From: Candidatus Binataceae bacterium
Lineage (GTDB): Bacteria > Desulfobacterota > Binatia > Binatales > Binataceae
Assembly: GCA_035624805.1 (NCBI GenBank)
Contig: DASPQU010000251.1
Coordinates: 1-25,695, forward strand
Direction: 5' to 3'
DNA length: 25,695 bases
The notes beneath the pieces were generated by a model, which worked only from the letters and a program-made list of their open reading frames with translations, was not told where the DNA came from and made no database searches. Positions 25,328 through 25,695 of the stretch are shown in pieces; position 1 is the first letter of the stretch; every line of letters begins with the position of its first letter. A program made the translations under genes and the position numbers.

Positions 25328-25695
25328 ACACATGGCGAGCCATCCCCAGTTTGGTTAATCGCATCGTGTCTCGGTTTTCCGGTGTCGCATGCCTGGTCAC
25401 GATAGTAGCGGTCACAGCGTCGGCGCGCGCCGCCGAAGTCTGCCCGAATCCACTTCCTACCTGCTCGGGCACGAGCGGTACATTAAGCGATTTGAAGGGG
25501 ACTTTCGGTTGTACCGCGCTAAGAAACAATTCGGTGGGTGTCTCTCTCCTTCAGGTACGCAAGTTGGTTTCGCCCGGAGACGGAACGATGACCATGGATT
25601 TCGCGCAGAACTATAATTACGCGGACTCCGCGACGTATCAGGATTTCGGCGTGCAGAACCTTAATCTGACCTACTGCATCAATTCGGACGATACC
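25324..25695 (+). CDS. Secreted cysteine-rich beta protein, paralog 3 (runs off the window)
   Basis: Open frame from ATG 25324 (ATGA overlap with the previous stop): MNTWRAIP...ASARA-AEVCPNPLPTCSGTSGTLSDLKGTFGCT...YQDF...YCINSDDT. Absent from the ORF track. Confidence 0.85.
   Translation, partial: MNTWRAIPSLVNRIVSRFSGVACLVTIVAVTASARAAEVCPNPLPTCSGTSGTLSDLKGTFGCTALRNNSVGVSLLQVRKLVSPGDGTMTMDFAQNYNYADSATYQDFGVQNLNLTYCINSDDT

Noticed and set aside
1-25695. CRISPR array, IS element, integrase or duplicated tRNA 3' end
   Set aside because: No regularly spaced repeats, transposase or recombinase motifs, or second copy of the tRNA end were seen by eye.

Overview
A GC-rich bacterial chromosome segment with two parts. 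Gene content and protein style suggest Ca. Binatota or a related 'deltaproteobacteria-like' lineage; that is inference only. Bases ~190-18,480 are mostly core metabolism: a SAM methyltransferase with divergent MarR, a Tat-exported aldo/keto reductase with Fe-S tail, MaoC + CoA-ester lyase + class III PPK2 + MgtC/DUF4010, a carboxylesterase, a MocR regulator with divergent FMN-binding protein, a DUF4410 lipoprotein, and coaX ... panB-panC-panD with a candidate pan RNA motif. After tRNA-Pro(GGG) at 18,576-18,652 the window becomes an accessory cell-surface region. It holds two back-to-back gene remnants and a PMT/GT39 glycosyltransferase coupled to a CBM-like membrane protein. It also holds two paralogous coiled-coil + 15-residue Gly-repeat secreted proteins, the second multiply frameshifted, and a run of three paralogous Cys-rich secreted proteins with an aromatic-rich secreted protein between them. 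This surface module is the best candidate for an undescribed system. Three coding elements missing from the ORF track were found by hand: an S24/CI-repressor remnant at the left edge, a 52-aa two-TM protein (1470-1628, minus), and the third Cys-rich paralog running off the right edge. No CRISPR array, integrase or transposase was seen. All calls come from manual reading and motif recall; no database search was run.
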